Below are positions 39,786 to 49,189 of a stretch of DNA of 64,000 nt, one piece after another; position 1 is the first letter of the stretch; each line of letters starts with the position of its first letter. A program made the position numbers and the translations under genes. Source of the DNA: Candidatus Bathyarchaeota archaeon (GTDB lineage Archaea; Thermoproteota; Bathyarchaeia; 40CM-2-53-6); the NCBI GenBank assembly GCA_963726255.1, contig CAVSBL010000002.1, forward strand, positions 2,240,001 through 2,304,000, read 5' to 3'. The notes under the pieces were generated by a model. The model was not told the origin of the DNA. It made no database searches and saw only the letters and a list, made by a program, of their open reading frames with translations.

Positions 39786-40985
39786 CTATTTCGAGTAGAA
39801 TTCTATTGCTGCCTTGACGCCCTCCCCGGATGGCAGTGTATAGCCCTCTTTCTTGAGGGCTCTTTCTAGAGCTTCCAGAACCAAGCACACTATTCCCTCA
39901 TTCGAGTTGACGCCCATCAGTCCGATCCTCCAGATTTTTCCACCGAGTACTCCCAGGCCACCTCCAACTTCTATGTTGAAATCGTTAAGGAGAGTTGCTC
40001 TCACTTTCTTGTCCAAAACGCTTGCAGGTACAGAGACAGAACTGAGGCTTGGAAGCCTATGCCCTAGTTCGGCGTGTAACCCGAGACCCATCGCCTCAAC
40101 TCCCTTCGTGAATGCCTCACTATTTCTCTTGTGTCTCGTCCATCTCTCTTGAAGGCCTTCGTCATGGATGACCCTTAGGGCCTCTCTCAAACCGTATATC
40201 ATAGAGATTGGAGCTGTGTGATGATAAATCCTTCCCTCTGACCAATAGTTGCGGATTAGAGATGCGTCAAAATACCAGCTCTGGACCTTGGTCTTCCTGT
40301 TAAGAACGATGTCGATAGCTCTATCGTTGAACGTGATCGGCGCGAGGCCAGGGGGACAATTCAGACACTTCTGGCTTCCACTATAACAGATATCAATCGA
40401 CATCGCATCGATGTCAAGTTCACAACCACTCAGCGAAGTTACAGCGTCGACAAGCAAGAGTGCACCGTACTCATGAACAATTTTCGAGATGTCAATTAGA
40501 GGCTGAAGTGTTCCGGTCGAGGTCTCAGCATGAACTAGTGCAACAACCTTCGCATCGCTCTTCTTCAACGCGTCTTCAACATGTTCCTTTCGTATGACCT
40601 TCCCCCAATTCTCCTTAATGCCTATGACTCTGCCTCCACAGCGCGAGACAATCTCCGCCATTCTCTCTCCGAAGAACCCGTTCATTCCAACGATTATCTC
40701 GTCTCCCGGCTCAACTACATTGCATAGAGCAGCTTCCATTCCCGCAGATCCAGTGCCGGAAACCGGTAAGGTGAGCTTGTTGTTGGTCTTGAATGTGTAC
40801 CTCAGCAGTTCAGTTGTTTCGTTCATGATCTTAAAGAAGTACGGGTCGAGATGACCCACAATAGGAGACGACATTGCTTTGAGTACCCTTGGGTGCACAT
40901 TGCTTGGTCCTGGGCCGAGAAGGAGGCGAAGAGGAGGATTGAGCTCACGAAAGCCATCCATGCTTAACACCACGATACTTGACAA
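39786..40985 (-). CDS. Class V aminotransferase (alanine/serine-glyoxylate, PucG-like)
   Basis: LLLGPGPS, SGTGSAGMEA, HAETSTG, DAVTS, GSQKCL..PPG, YHHTAP, WRIGLMG. Confidence 0.93.
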   Translation of the reverse strand: MSSIVVLSMDGFRELNPPLRLLLGPGPSNVHPRVLKAMSSPIVGHLDPYFFKIMNETTELLRYTFKTNNKLTLPVSGTGSAGMEAALCNVVEPGDEIIVGMNGFFGERMAEIVSRCGGRVIGIKENWGKVIRKEHVEDALKKSDAKVVALVHAETSTGTLQPLIDISKIVHEYGALLLVDAVTSLSGCELDIDAMSIDICYSGSQKCLNCPPGLAPITFNDRAIDIVLNRKTKVQSWYFDASLIRNYWSEGRIYHHTAPISMIYGLREALRVIHDEGLQERWTRHKRNSEAFTKGVEAMGLGLHAELGHRLPSLSSVSVPASVLDKKVRATLLNDFNIEVGGGLGVLGGKIWRIGLMGVNSNEGIVCLVLEALERALKKEGYTLPSGEGVKAAIEFYSK

Positions 40986-41168
40986 GCATATTGCTCAGCG
41001 ATCACGCAGCAATAAACTGTTTTGAATCTTCAATTGCAAGACGTCTGAAGATTGGATGGATAGAGGTCATTATTGGGCTGATAGGTTGAGTGCGGATTGC
41101 GATCCCAATTGTCAGAGGGGGACTAGGGACACAGTAGTCATAAGAGAGTGAATTAGTGAAAGGCGAGT

Positions 41169-42167
41169 GTGGTAGTAATGCGGAAATTGAATGTCTTGTA
41201 CGTAGGTCAGATACCGGACCCGATTCGCAAAGAGCTATCCTTGAGGCTGCCCGTAGGCTTGGCGTTAGAGTTCTTGTCCGACAAATCTACTAACGCTGAA
41301 AGACTTGAGAGTTTACAGAGCGCCCATTTCCTTATGGGTTTTCCAGACTCGATTTCTGCAGATGACTTGGAGACGGCAACGAATCTAAGATTGGTGCAGT
41401 TGTTGAGTGCGGGTTACGAAGTTTTTGATGTACAAAGAGCTACACAGCTTAGAATTCCAGTCGCGAATAATGGTGGTGCAAACGCGATTGCGGTTGCGGA
41501 ACACACGATTCTTTTGATTCTTGCCTTGTACAGGAAGTTATGTAAGTTTCATAACGGATTATTGAACGGCATATGGGTCCGGGAAAAGGACCATCCGCTT
41601 AGCCTCTTTGAGCTAGCTCATAAGCAAGTGGGAATAATTGGGTTTGGCAATATCGGAAAAGCTCTAGCCAGACGCTTACTCGCTTTCGAAACGACGATAA
41701 ATTACCACGACGTGCTGAGATATGAAAGAGCAGAAAAAGAGCTCTCGGCCGAATTCATAGCCCTTGATGAGTTACTGAAACGATCCGATATCGTCACATT
41801 GCATTTACCGTTACTGGAAACGACGACAGGGATGATCGGCGAAAGAGAATTCAACTTGATGAAAGGTTCCGCCATTCTGATTAACACTTCCCGTGGAAGA
41901 ATCATCGATGAGCAGGCTTTGTACGAAGCTCTGAAAAGCGGAAGAATTGCCGGAGCTGGATTAGATGTCTTTCTTCGAGAGGATGATATGCAAAAGGGAA
42001 TATGCGCGAACGCATTATTTGAATTGGAAAATGTAGTAGTCACCCCTCACCTCGCTGGTGATACCTACGATACATGGCTGCGAAGAATAGAAATAGGTTA
42101 TGCGAACATTAGCAGGACTGCCAAAGGCAAGAAGCCGAGGTTTGTAGTCAATAAGGATTTGACTTAG
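41169..42167 (+). CDS. D-2-hydroxyacid dehydrogenase (glyoxylate/hydroxypyruvate reductase-like)
   Basis: AVAEH, GIIGFGNIG, INTSRG, AGLDVF, TPHLAG. Confidence 0.92.
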   Translation: MVVMRKLNVLYVGQIPDPIRKELSLRLPVGLALEFLSDKSTNAERLESLQSAHFLMGFPDSISADDLETATNLRLVQLLSAGYEVFDVQRATQLRIPVANNGGANAIAVAEHTILLILALYRKLCKFHNGLLNGIWVREKDHPLSLFELAHKQVGIIGFGNIGKALARRLLAFETTINYHDVLRYERAEKELSAEFIALDELLKRSDIVTLHLPLLETTTGMIGEREFNLMKGSAILINTSRGRIIDEQALYEALKSGRIAGAGLDVFLREDDMQKGICANALFELENVVVTPHLAGDTYDTWLRRIEIGYANISRTAKGKKPRFVVNKDLT

Positions 42168-42169
42168 AA

Positions 42170-43858
42170 TTGAAAACCAAAGCACCTAACGCTCTTGTTA
42201 GAATTCTGAAGGCAGAAGGTGTAGAGTGGGTAGCCACCTTTCCCGATACTGGTATCAACAATGCGTGTGGGGAGGAAGGGATTTCCAACCTTATGACCAG
42301 AACAGAGCGGTTTGCAGTAGCGATATCAGACGGCTTCTCGCGGGTCTGTGACGGTAAGCGCTTCGGCGTTTGTACTGTGCAAGGCGGGTTGAATGCCGCT
42401 GGCATGCAATATGCCTACGGCGCTCTCGCTCAGGCTTACGAGGACTCTACGCCTATCCTATGCATCACTGATGGAATACAAACATCAGTCAGTGAGACAA
42501 AAAGGTTCAACCTAACGGAGGCATTCAGAGGTGTTACAAAATGGAGTGGATACATAAACATCCCGCACCGTGTCCCAGAGTTCATGACTCGCGCCTACAC
42601 CTATCTAAAATCAGGGAGGCCAGGGCCTGTCCTCCTTCAGCTCCCGGTCGATCTGGGAGAATACGACGAGTCCGAATATCCCTACACGCCGGTGAAGGGC
42701 TGGAGACAACAAGGCGATCCCACGGACGTGAGGGTCGCCATACGCGCACTCCTAGCAGCGAAGAAGCCTCTGATATACGCGGGGCAAGGGGTCTTCTACG
42801 CGGACGCATGCAACGAACTGCTCGAATTTGCGGAACTCGTCCAAGTGCCAGTGATGACAACATTGAAGGGGAAGAGTGCTTTCCCAGAGAACCACCCCTT
42901 GTCAATCGGCATGAAGGGAATCCCGGTTGAGAAATTCCTTTACAGTGCTGACCTAGTTTTCGTGGTTGGCGGTAGTCTGTCGCCAGGGAGGCGATATGGA
43001 GGGTTCGCACATCAAATACCCAGCACGAAACGTAGCGATCTAATTCCGGCACACGCAGGAAAGGTCATCGTGCAGTGCACGATTGACGAGATGGATATCA
43101 ATAGATACTACCAGGTGGATCATGCAATTCTTGGCGACGCAAAATTAGTTCTAGCTCAGCTCATCGCTGAAGTGAAAGAGAGGGGGCCCGCTAAGCCCAG
43201 AGAGGACATACTGGAGGAGATACTTACCGCGAAGAAAGAGCATTTGGCGAAGTTTACCCCGCTGATGACATCAAACGAGAAACCTATCAACCCCTTCAGG
43301 GTCTACGGGGAGTTGATGAACACCGTTGACAGAAGAAATTCTTTCGTAACCCATGACTCTGGCTATACTAGAGAGCAACTTGCGACGGTTTACGAGGCCC
43401 TCATACCTCACGGCTTCATGGGATGGGGGTGCGTATCAACCCTCGGTTTCGGCTTAGGTGCTGCGACGGGTGCCAAGCTCGCTTTCCCAAAGCGAGAAGT
43501 GGTGCACGTCGCCGGCGACGCTGCTGTCGGCTACCAGCTCGGAGAATATGAGGCTCTTGTACGAAACAAGATTGGGATAACGACCATCCACATAAACAAC
43601 TCCACTTTCAGCGGAAGTGGCCCCGGGTTCTGGGGGCCTGGTGCCGCTCCATATACGGCAAATGTCACCTCATCATCGGAGATGAACATGGCGAAGGCGG
43701 TGGAGGCCATTGGAGAGCACGCTGAGAGGGTCGAAGATCCTGATGAGGTCGCCCCGGCTCTAAAACGAGCTTTGAATGAGAACAAGTCGGGGAGACCAGC
43801 ATACATCGAGGTTATCTGTAGTGCGTACCCAATTGCTGGCCGTTGGCTCGTCGAATAG
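42170..43858 (+). CDS. TPP-requiring enzyme of unknown specificity
   Basis: TRTERFAVAISDGFSR, SGRPGPV, GKSAFPENHPL, GDAA...NN. Confidence 0.88.
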   Translation: MKTKAPNALVRILKAEGVEWVATFPDTGINNACGEEGISNLMTRTERFAVAISDGFSRVCDGKRFGVCTVQGGLNAAGMQYAYGALAQAYEDSTPILCITDGIQTSVSETKRFNLTEAFRGVTKWSGYINIPHRVPEFMTRAYTYLKSGRPGPVLLQLPVDLGEYDESEYPYTPVKGWRQQGDPTDVRVAIRALLAAKKPLIYAGQGVFYADACNELLEFAELVQVPVMTTLKGKSAFPENHPLSIGMKGIPVEKFLYSADLVFVVGGSLSPGRRYGGFAHQIPSTKRSDLIPAHAGKVIVQCTIDEMDINRYYQVDHAILGDAKLVLAQLIAEVKERGPAKPREDILEEILTAKKEHLAKFTPLMTSNEKPINPFRVYGELMNTVDRRNSFVTHDSGYTREQLATVYEALIPHGFMGWGCVSTLGFGLGAATGAKLAFPKREVVHVAGDAAVGYQLGEYEALVRNKIGITTIHINNSTFSGSGPGFWGPGAAPYTANVTSSSEMNMAKAVEAIGEHAERVEDPDEVAPALKRALNENKSGRPAYIEVICSAYPIAGRWLVE

Positions 43859-43916
43859 AGTGAGGCAGCAATCCAGAAAGCTTGTCGATATGCCCATTCA
43901 TCTTGAAGCGTACGCT

Positions 43917-44912
43917 TTAGATGTCCACTCTGGTTCCCTTGTTCTGTTCTATGGCCTTGTTGTATACGATGAGCGCGGTCGATATGTCTTGAATGGCCAG
44001 CCCTACAGATTTGAAGAGCGTGATCTCCTGATCTGATGTCCGACCTTTCTTCCTGCCTAGCACTACGTCTCCCAGCTCACTCCAGATGTGTTCGAAAGAA
44101 ATGGCTCTTTCAGCTATGGGAATGATTAGATCGCCAGCCTCTCTCAGAGCCACTTGCAGGGAGTCGACGATCACTTTCGCTCTTCTAACAGCTGTCGTGT
44201 CGATCTCGCGTGTATCAGGAGTATGAGAACCTATTCCGTTGACATGCATTCCGAGCTCTAACCATTCTCCGTTGAACAATGGGACCCGCGAAGTTGACGC
44301 GCAGATAACAATGTCGGCGCCGCGAAGCGTATCTCTCGGAGACGTGCCTTGTTCAACATCGATCTTGAGCCTCTTTGACATGCGTTCGCAATACTGAATT
44401 ACCCGCTGGGTTACTGTATCGAAGACTTTAGCTGCCTTAATTCTTCGTACTTCAGCCATCGCTTCGAGCTGAGTCTCCGCTTGGACGCCGGCACCGAACA
44501 CAGCAACGGTTGAAGAATTGGTTCGTGCAAGGTACTTGGTCGCGACTCCGCTTGCTGCGCCGGTTCGCATGGCTGTGAGAAACGCTCCATCCATTACAGC
44601 CAGGCATTCTCCTGTCTCGGGGTCCAGAAGTTGTACCATCGCGAGAATTGTGGGAAGGTTCTTTCTCGAAGGGTTCTCAGCATACACGGTCACGGTCTTC
44701 TGCCCTAGAGCGTTCATATCGCCCGCGATATACGCTGGCATAGTCAACATGATCCCCTTGTTCTGTTCGATTGAAATGGACGACCTAATAGGCATCTCAA
44801 TGTTGCCTAACGCGAACTGCTTGAACGCCTCTTCAACAGCCCGTATAGCGTCTTTCATCGTTAATAACGATTGGACATCTTGGCGGGATAGCAACAACAT
44901 GCCACTTCTCAC
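43917..44912 (-). CDS. Ornithine cyclodeaminase/archaeal alanine dehydrogenase family
   Basis: LTAMRTGAASGVATKYLAR, GAGVQA, FKSVGLAIQD. Confidence 0.92.
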   Translation of the reverse strand: MRSGMLLLSRQDVQSLLTMKDAIRAVEEAFKQFALGNIEMPIRSSISIEQNKGIMLTMPAYIAGDMNALGQKTVTVYAENPSRKNLPTILAMVQLLDPETGECLAVMDGAFLTAMRTGAASGVATKYLARTNSSTVAVFGAGVQAETQLEAMAEVRRIKAAKVFDTVTQRVIQYCERMSKRLKIDVEQGTSPRDTLRGADIVICASTSRVPLFNGEWLELGMHVNGIGSHTPDTREIDTTAVRRAKVIVDSLQVALREAGDLIIPIAERAISFEHIWSELGDVVLGRKKGRTSDQEITLFKSVGLAIQDISTALIVYNKAIEQNKGTRVDI

Positions 44913-45286
44913 CTATTACTCACAGTCATTCCCGAATGCGAAAGCTGTAAACTGCCTACTAAACCCGCTCTATCGAAATCTGAACACGAAAAACATATGC
45001 AGGTTGATTGATAATTTGGTGCTCTTTGAGGGCAAAATCCATGTGATGGTTCATACGGGGAAAATTCGAGCGTGGTTTCGCCGATTAGGTGAGCTCCTAG
45101 TTCAGCATCGGTCACGATGGCAATTATGGATTCTACGTTTTTCCTGTCGACGGCAAGCATTTTCCGGATACTTTCTTGACAAGCGTTCTTGCACCCTCAT
45201 CAAGCACCACGAAAGACGAGTGATTCACTCCATGAGTCCCCGAAGGTTCCGGACGAGCGCCTTGGATCGAGATTCCGGTACATTTC

Positions 45287-45514
45287 GATACGCTTGATCC
45301 TGCCGTCGCGTCCAAGGAGGATACGGAAGCAACTGTGGGCGTATTCGATGGGATTATCGAGATCTTCGAACGAGAATTGCAGGAACTATCCAGAAGATTC
45401 CTTGTTGTTAAGAAAATGTATGGTCGCGATTACTCGGACGAGGAGCTGATGCTCGACAGACGCAAACTTCAAGGAAGAGTTGGTCCATACAGGCTCGACC
45501 GTTCCTGCTTCTGA
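45287..45514 (+). pseudogene. C-terminal fragment of a KaiC/RAD55-like ATPase domain
   Basis: Frame with no upstream start reads TLDPAVASKEDTEATVGVFDGIIEIFERE...RFLVVKKMYG, resembling RecA-fold C-termini; upstream in-frame stop at 45233. Confidence 0.55.
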
Positions 45515-45724
45515 CCTTTCCAACGTTGGCCGTTCAGAACTATTCAGAAAGATGCGTATTCTAGCTCAAACTATCAACAGTATCTCTGTAAGGGATGCTG
45601 ACTTGTTCAACCCGATATTACCCAATAACAAGTGAATAGTTTAGAGTGGGTTACACACTAACGCAGGCTGTGAAGTAATTGACCGACGAGAGAAACTCGC
45701 GAGAAGGCAAACGGGGTTCGCATA

Positions 45725-45952
45725 GTGAAGCACAAGAGCTGCGGGGGGTTCGAATCCCATCCCCCGCACCATTTCGAAGCTCCCAGAACTCTTCCTTCTG
45801 CCATAGCGGCGAAAATCGCTGACCATGCGTATTGGATGAAATGTGAAGGCTATCGAGACTCAACAATAAGGACCTCAGTCAAGGCTATTGGTCGGCGTTG
45901 TAATCTCCTAGACGCTGAGGCATTCAAGGACTATATGAGCGGAGTATGGTGA
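45725..45952 (+). pseudogene. Truncated tyrosine integrase fragment read through the att repeat
   Basis: KIADHAYWMKCEGYRDSTIRTSVKAIGRRCNLLDAEAFKDY resembles, from memory, core-binding regions of tRNA-adjacent archaeal integrases; no catalytic domain follows. Confidence 0.55.
45745..45771 (+). repeat. attR-like copy of the tRNA-Leu 3' end
   Basis: GGGGTTCGAATCCCATCCCCCGCACCA vs GGGGTTCGAATCCCCTCCCCCGCACCA (14107-14133). Confidence 0.85.
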
Positions 45953-46007
45953 AAATCGTAGAGACCACCATGTGGTTAGAGTCCACACAGTCACATGGGG
46001 TATTTTC

Positions 46008-46169
46008 TCAATTACCCAATTTGCCGACTGCCCTACGTTTTGTTCTTAACGCCGAAGGATTATGCAACAGCTTGTTCATCTGGGCATTCTTACGCTCTCC
46101 ACAATAAACGCACATCATTACCCCGAGCGGCATCGCATGATGGAATTCATGGTCATGTTCGTGATGCAT
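46008..46169 (-). CDS. Small His/Cys zinc-finger protein (53 aa, not in ORF track)
   Basis: MHHEHDHEFHHAMPLGVMMCVYCGERK...; TTAAAT about 36-41 nt upstream. Confidence 0.55.
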   Translation of the reverse strand: MHHEHDHEFHHAMPLGVMMCVYCGERKNAQMNKLLHNPSALRTKRRAVGKLGN

Positions 46170-46335
46170 GGCAGTTTCACTGCGGCAACCAAGAGTCCAG
46201 TGTCATTTAAGCGGGCGGCACTTCTGGTGTGCACCACGGATGAGTATCTGCGATTGGCGCAGCACAACGACTCTTGGTGCGGGCAACAGAATTTGAACCA
46301 AGAAATGAGGCTAACCTTTGGCTTAACTCAGTGGC

Positions 46336-46367
46336 TTATATGTACCGGTAAATTGGGGTCGAGATCC
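46336..46367 (+). repeat. Direct repeat copy 1 flanking pheA
   Basis: TTATATGTACCGGTAAAT identical to 47376-47393; imperfect match continues. Confidence 0.8.
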
Positions 46368-46409
46368 TGCTCCATCCATGGTCCTCGAAATATGATTCCC
46401 GCAACAGGT

Positions 46410-47237
46410 CTACATAGCTTGGGGGTACGAACCCAAAATCTTGAGGAATGTTGTTGATCTTCTTAGAACCTCTAAGGCTTCAGCACATTTTGGATCTGTG
46501 CGGTGTCCCTCAAAGTCAACAAAGAAATGATACTCCCATGGCTTGCCTTTGATGGGTCTAGACTCGATTCTCGTGAGGTTGATCTTCCGTGTTGCAAGTT
46601 CACTGAGAGCTTTGTGCAGAGACCCGGGCGTATGTTTTGTTCCGAATACTACTGATGTCTTGTCGTTCCCTTTTGGAGACGCGTCGTTAAGACCGATTAC
46701 GAAGAATCTTGTGAAGTTCTCGGGCGAATCTTCAATGTTTCTCTTTAGAACCGTCAAGCCGTAAAGATCAGCAGCCCGTTCGCTCGCTATCGCAGCGCTA
46801 TTACGCAATCGCCTTTCCTTGATTATCTTCGCGCTGCCTGCCGTGTCGTATGTCGGTTGCGTTTCGACCTGCAATTTCTCCATGAAAGTCGCGCATTGGG
46901 CGAGTGCTTGCGGATGTGAGTATACGACCCTAAGATCCTTTGTTTGGGTTCCTGGGAACGCTAACAAGCAATGGCTTACCCTGATTTTGACCTCTCCAGT
47001 TATCTTCAGCGATGATTCCAACAGCAGGTCATATGTTTGATTTACACTTCCTTCAAGAGAATTTTCAGCAGGAACCACGCCATAATTGGCCACTCGACTC
47101 TCGACCGAATGGAAAACCTGTTTGAGCGTGGTACAGGGTTTCGTCACCGCGGTGGACCCAAAGTGCGTTAGGACTGCCTGCTCACTGTACGCTCCATGTT
47201 CGCCTTGAAAGGCGACGATGCGACCTGAACGTTTCAA
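46410..47237 (-). CDS. pheA: Prephenate dehydratase
   Basis: AFQGEHGAYSE, ENSLEGSV, SHPQALAQC, DTAGSA, NFTRF, LTRIESRP. Confidence 0.95.
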   Translation of the reverse strand: MKRSGRIVAFQGEHGAYSEQAVLTHFGSTAVTKPCTTLKQVFHSVESRVANYGVVPAENSLEGSVNQTYDLLLESSLKITGEVKIRVSHCLLAFPGTQTKDLRVVYSHPQALAQCATFMEKLQVETQPTYDTAGSAKIIKERRLRNSAAIASERAADLYGLTVLKRNIEDSPENFTRFFVIGLNDASPKGNDKTSVVFGTKHTPGSLHKALSELATRKINLTRIESRPIKGKPWEYHFFVDFEGHRTDPKCAEALEVLRRSTTFLKILGSYPQAM

Positions 47238-47375
47238 GAGTTACCTATTCCTTGATATTCATAGGCAAAACAACATCATTTAGAATTGCGTAGACCTCCC
47301 CATTGCGAACGATTTTCAGAATTTGGCTATCTGACTTAACCAAGAAACGGGTTGCTGTAGCTCGGCTCTAGCAGG

Positions 47376-47421
47376 TTATATGTACCGGTAAATAGGGGCC
47401 AAAATCCCCTCCCCAGCACCA
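47376..47421 (+). repeat. Direct repeat copy 2 plus degenerate tRNA-Leu 3' end
   Basis: 18-bp repeat followed by AGGGG-CCAAAAT-CCCCT-CCCCAGC-ACCA (23/28 identical to 14106-14133). Confidence 0.75.
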
Positions 47422-47601
47422 TCGAGACACTAATCTCACCCGACATCAACTGCTCACCGTGCCCCACCGAGATCAAGGGCTATTGCTAGTGGGATGCTGC
47501 TTCTAATCCGAGTATTCTCGTGACTTCAGTTTCTGGGATTTGCAGTTGAGAGGATAATAGTTCTGTTGAAATCGCTAGGTTGTGATTTCTTATTTTAAGT
47601 A

Positions 47602-48564
47602 ATGCTTAATGCCAAATGCGATAACCCTAAAGCACAATCAACTGAACGTGATCCTATGCAATCAACAGGCAACAGCAGTCACTTTCTCAGCAACTTAACG
47701 GATTACTTCAATATGACTAAGCCTGCCATTGCATCACTGAACGTGTTCGTCGGCTTGGCAACGATGCTCCTAGCAGTAGGGTTTCACGTCGTTACTTCCA
47801 CTTCAATGATGGTGCTTGGCTTGGCTGGTTTCCTCTCAGCTGGTGGCGCAGGAGCACTCAACTGCTTCTTAGAGAGACGACTTGATTCTCAAATGAATCG
47901 AACTCGGCATCGACCCCTGCCGTCAGGTCGAGCGTCTCCAAATGCTTCCTTCTCTTTCGGTCTCTTGCTTTCGATTAGCGGCGTGGCGTTGGCCGCATTC
48001 TTCTTGAACATATTGACGGCCACTTTCATAGGGGTGGGCGTACTATGGTACGTCTTTGTTTACACCCTGTGGCTGAAGCCTCGGACGAAATGGAATATTG
48101 TCATTGGTGGAGCGGCCGGCTCGTTCTCTGCGCTCGCAGGATGGGCTGCCGTGACGGGGTCCATCAGCCTAGTTGCGCTTCTAGTTGCGTTTCTTATTTT
48201 CCTTTGGACGCCGGGTCATTTCTGGGGCCTAGCGATTGCTAAAACGGAAGAATACGCCAAAGTTCAAGTGCCAATGCTGCCAGTGGTTGATGGTGCGAAA
48301 ACAAGCGCCGTCTATACTGCCCTTTCAAACATGGCTCTCTTCCCATTCACTCTCGGCCTTTTCGCTCTGACCGCTTACAAAGGAAACATTTTGGCAGTAA
48401 TAGTGCTCGGGGCGGTTTTGGTCGCCTACAACGCGAAGTTTCTGGCGGCCAACCTTAAAATGATAAAGCAACCGACGCCAATGAGCGCATGGCGCGTGTT
48501 CAAGATGTCGATAATCTACTTGTTCGTAGTTCTCTTCCTCGTCGTGGCAGCTCACATCATATAA
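47602..48564 (+). CDS. cyoE: Protoheme IX farnesyltransferase (heme O synthase)
   Basis: TKP, DSQMNRTRHRPLPSG, YTLWLKPRT..NIVIGG, WTPGHFW, EYAKVQVPMLP; start likely ATG 47656. Confidence 0.92.
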   Translation: MLNAKCDNPKAQSTERDPMQSTGNSSHFLSNLTDYFNMTKPAIASLNVFVGLATMLLAVGFHVVTSTSMMVLGLAGFLSAGGAGALNCFLERRLDSQMNRTRHRPLPSGRASPNASFSFGLLLSISGVALAAFFLNILTATFIGVGVLWYVFVYTLWLKPRTKWNIVIGGAAGSFSALAGWAAVTGSISLVALLVAFLIFLWTPGHFWGLAIAKTEEYAKVQVPMLPVVDGAKTSAVYTALSNMALFPFTLGLFALTAYKGNILAVIVLGAVLVAYNAKFLAANLKMIKQPTPMSAWRVFKMSIIYLFVVLFLVVAAHII

Positions 48565-48665
48565 TCCTTGGATGACTTTGTGCTAGCTCTCTTAGATCAT
48601 TGAGATAGCATAAAGCCTGTTTAGCGCTACGGGGCCTTCGATTACCACTTGAGTTCAAACGGCTG

Positions 48666-49151
48666 CTATTCGGTAACGATGAGCTGCCCATTCAACATGT
48701 AAGGGTGAACGGGGCAGAATATGTTGCAGTACATCGTGAAAATACCTGCCTTGTCGGCCACGAAGGAAATGCGGAATGTTTCATGTGGCATCAGCGCCAC
48801 ACCTCCGTCCAAGTAATGTTCGATTGCGAACCCGTGCGGCGAATAATCATCATTGTTGCACACCATAATATTTACCCTGTCGCCCCTATGGACTCTGACG
48901 ACGGGCCACGGCTCGTTGGGTGATTTTTGTATGTGTGTGACGCTGTCATTGAACCCCTCTAAATCTGCGATGATGAGAAAGTAGCCTGGAGGTCTCACAC
49001 AGGCCGTCGCCGTTTGAGTTACTGGGGGCGGATTTGCAGGCGTGCTCAATGAGGGCCAATAAACACTCACGACGGAACCTACCACTACCGCGGCTAGGAT
49101 GCCGACGACGAGAAATTTGTTCAGCAGGATTCGGCCTCTCGACGCCTTCAT
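48666..49151 (-). CDS. Membrane-anchored cupredoxin-domain protein (CuA-like motif)
   Basis: N-terminal TM, PHGFAI, FVADKAG, YCNIFCPVHPYM. Confidence 0.8.
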   Translation of the reverse strand: MKASRGRILLNKFLVVGILAAVVVGSVVSVYWPSLSTPANPPPVTQTATACVRPPGYFLIIADLEGFNDSVTHIQKSPNEPWPVVRVHRGDRVNIMVCNNDDYSPHGFAIEHYLDGGVALMPHETFRISFVADKAGIFTMYCNIFCPVHPYMLNGQLIVTE

Positions 49152-49189
49152 CGTTTACACTATATTTCCTTATTGAATGACGAAGCGGA

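Noticed and set aside
44909-45160. PurM/HypE-like C-terminal fragment (..GAHLIGE)
   Set aside because: The resemblance is too short and generic to support.
45713-45771. Intron-containing, split or permuted tRNA 3' half
   Set aside because: No BHB register gives a correct T-stem and no 5' half is adjacent; an att copy is the simpler explanation.
47333-47381. Integron attC site or complete dif site beside pheA
   Set aside because: Too short and lacking internal dyad symmetry for attC; only one dif-like half-site, with no inverted partner arm.
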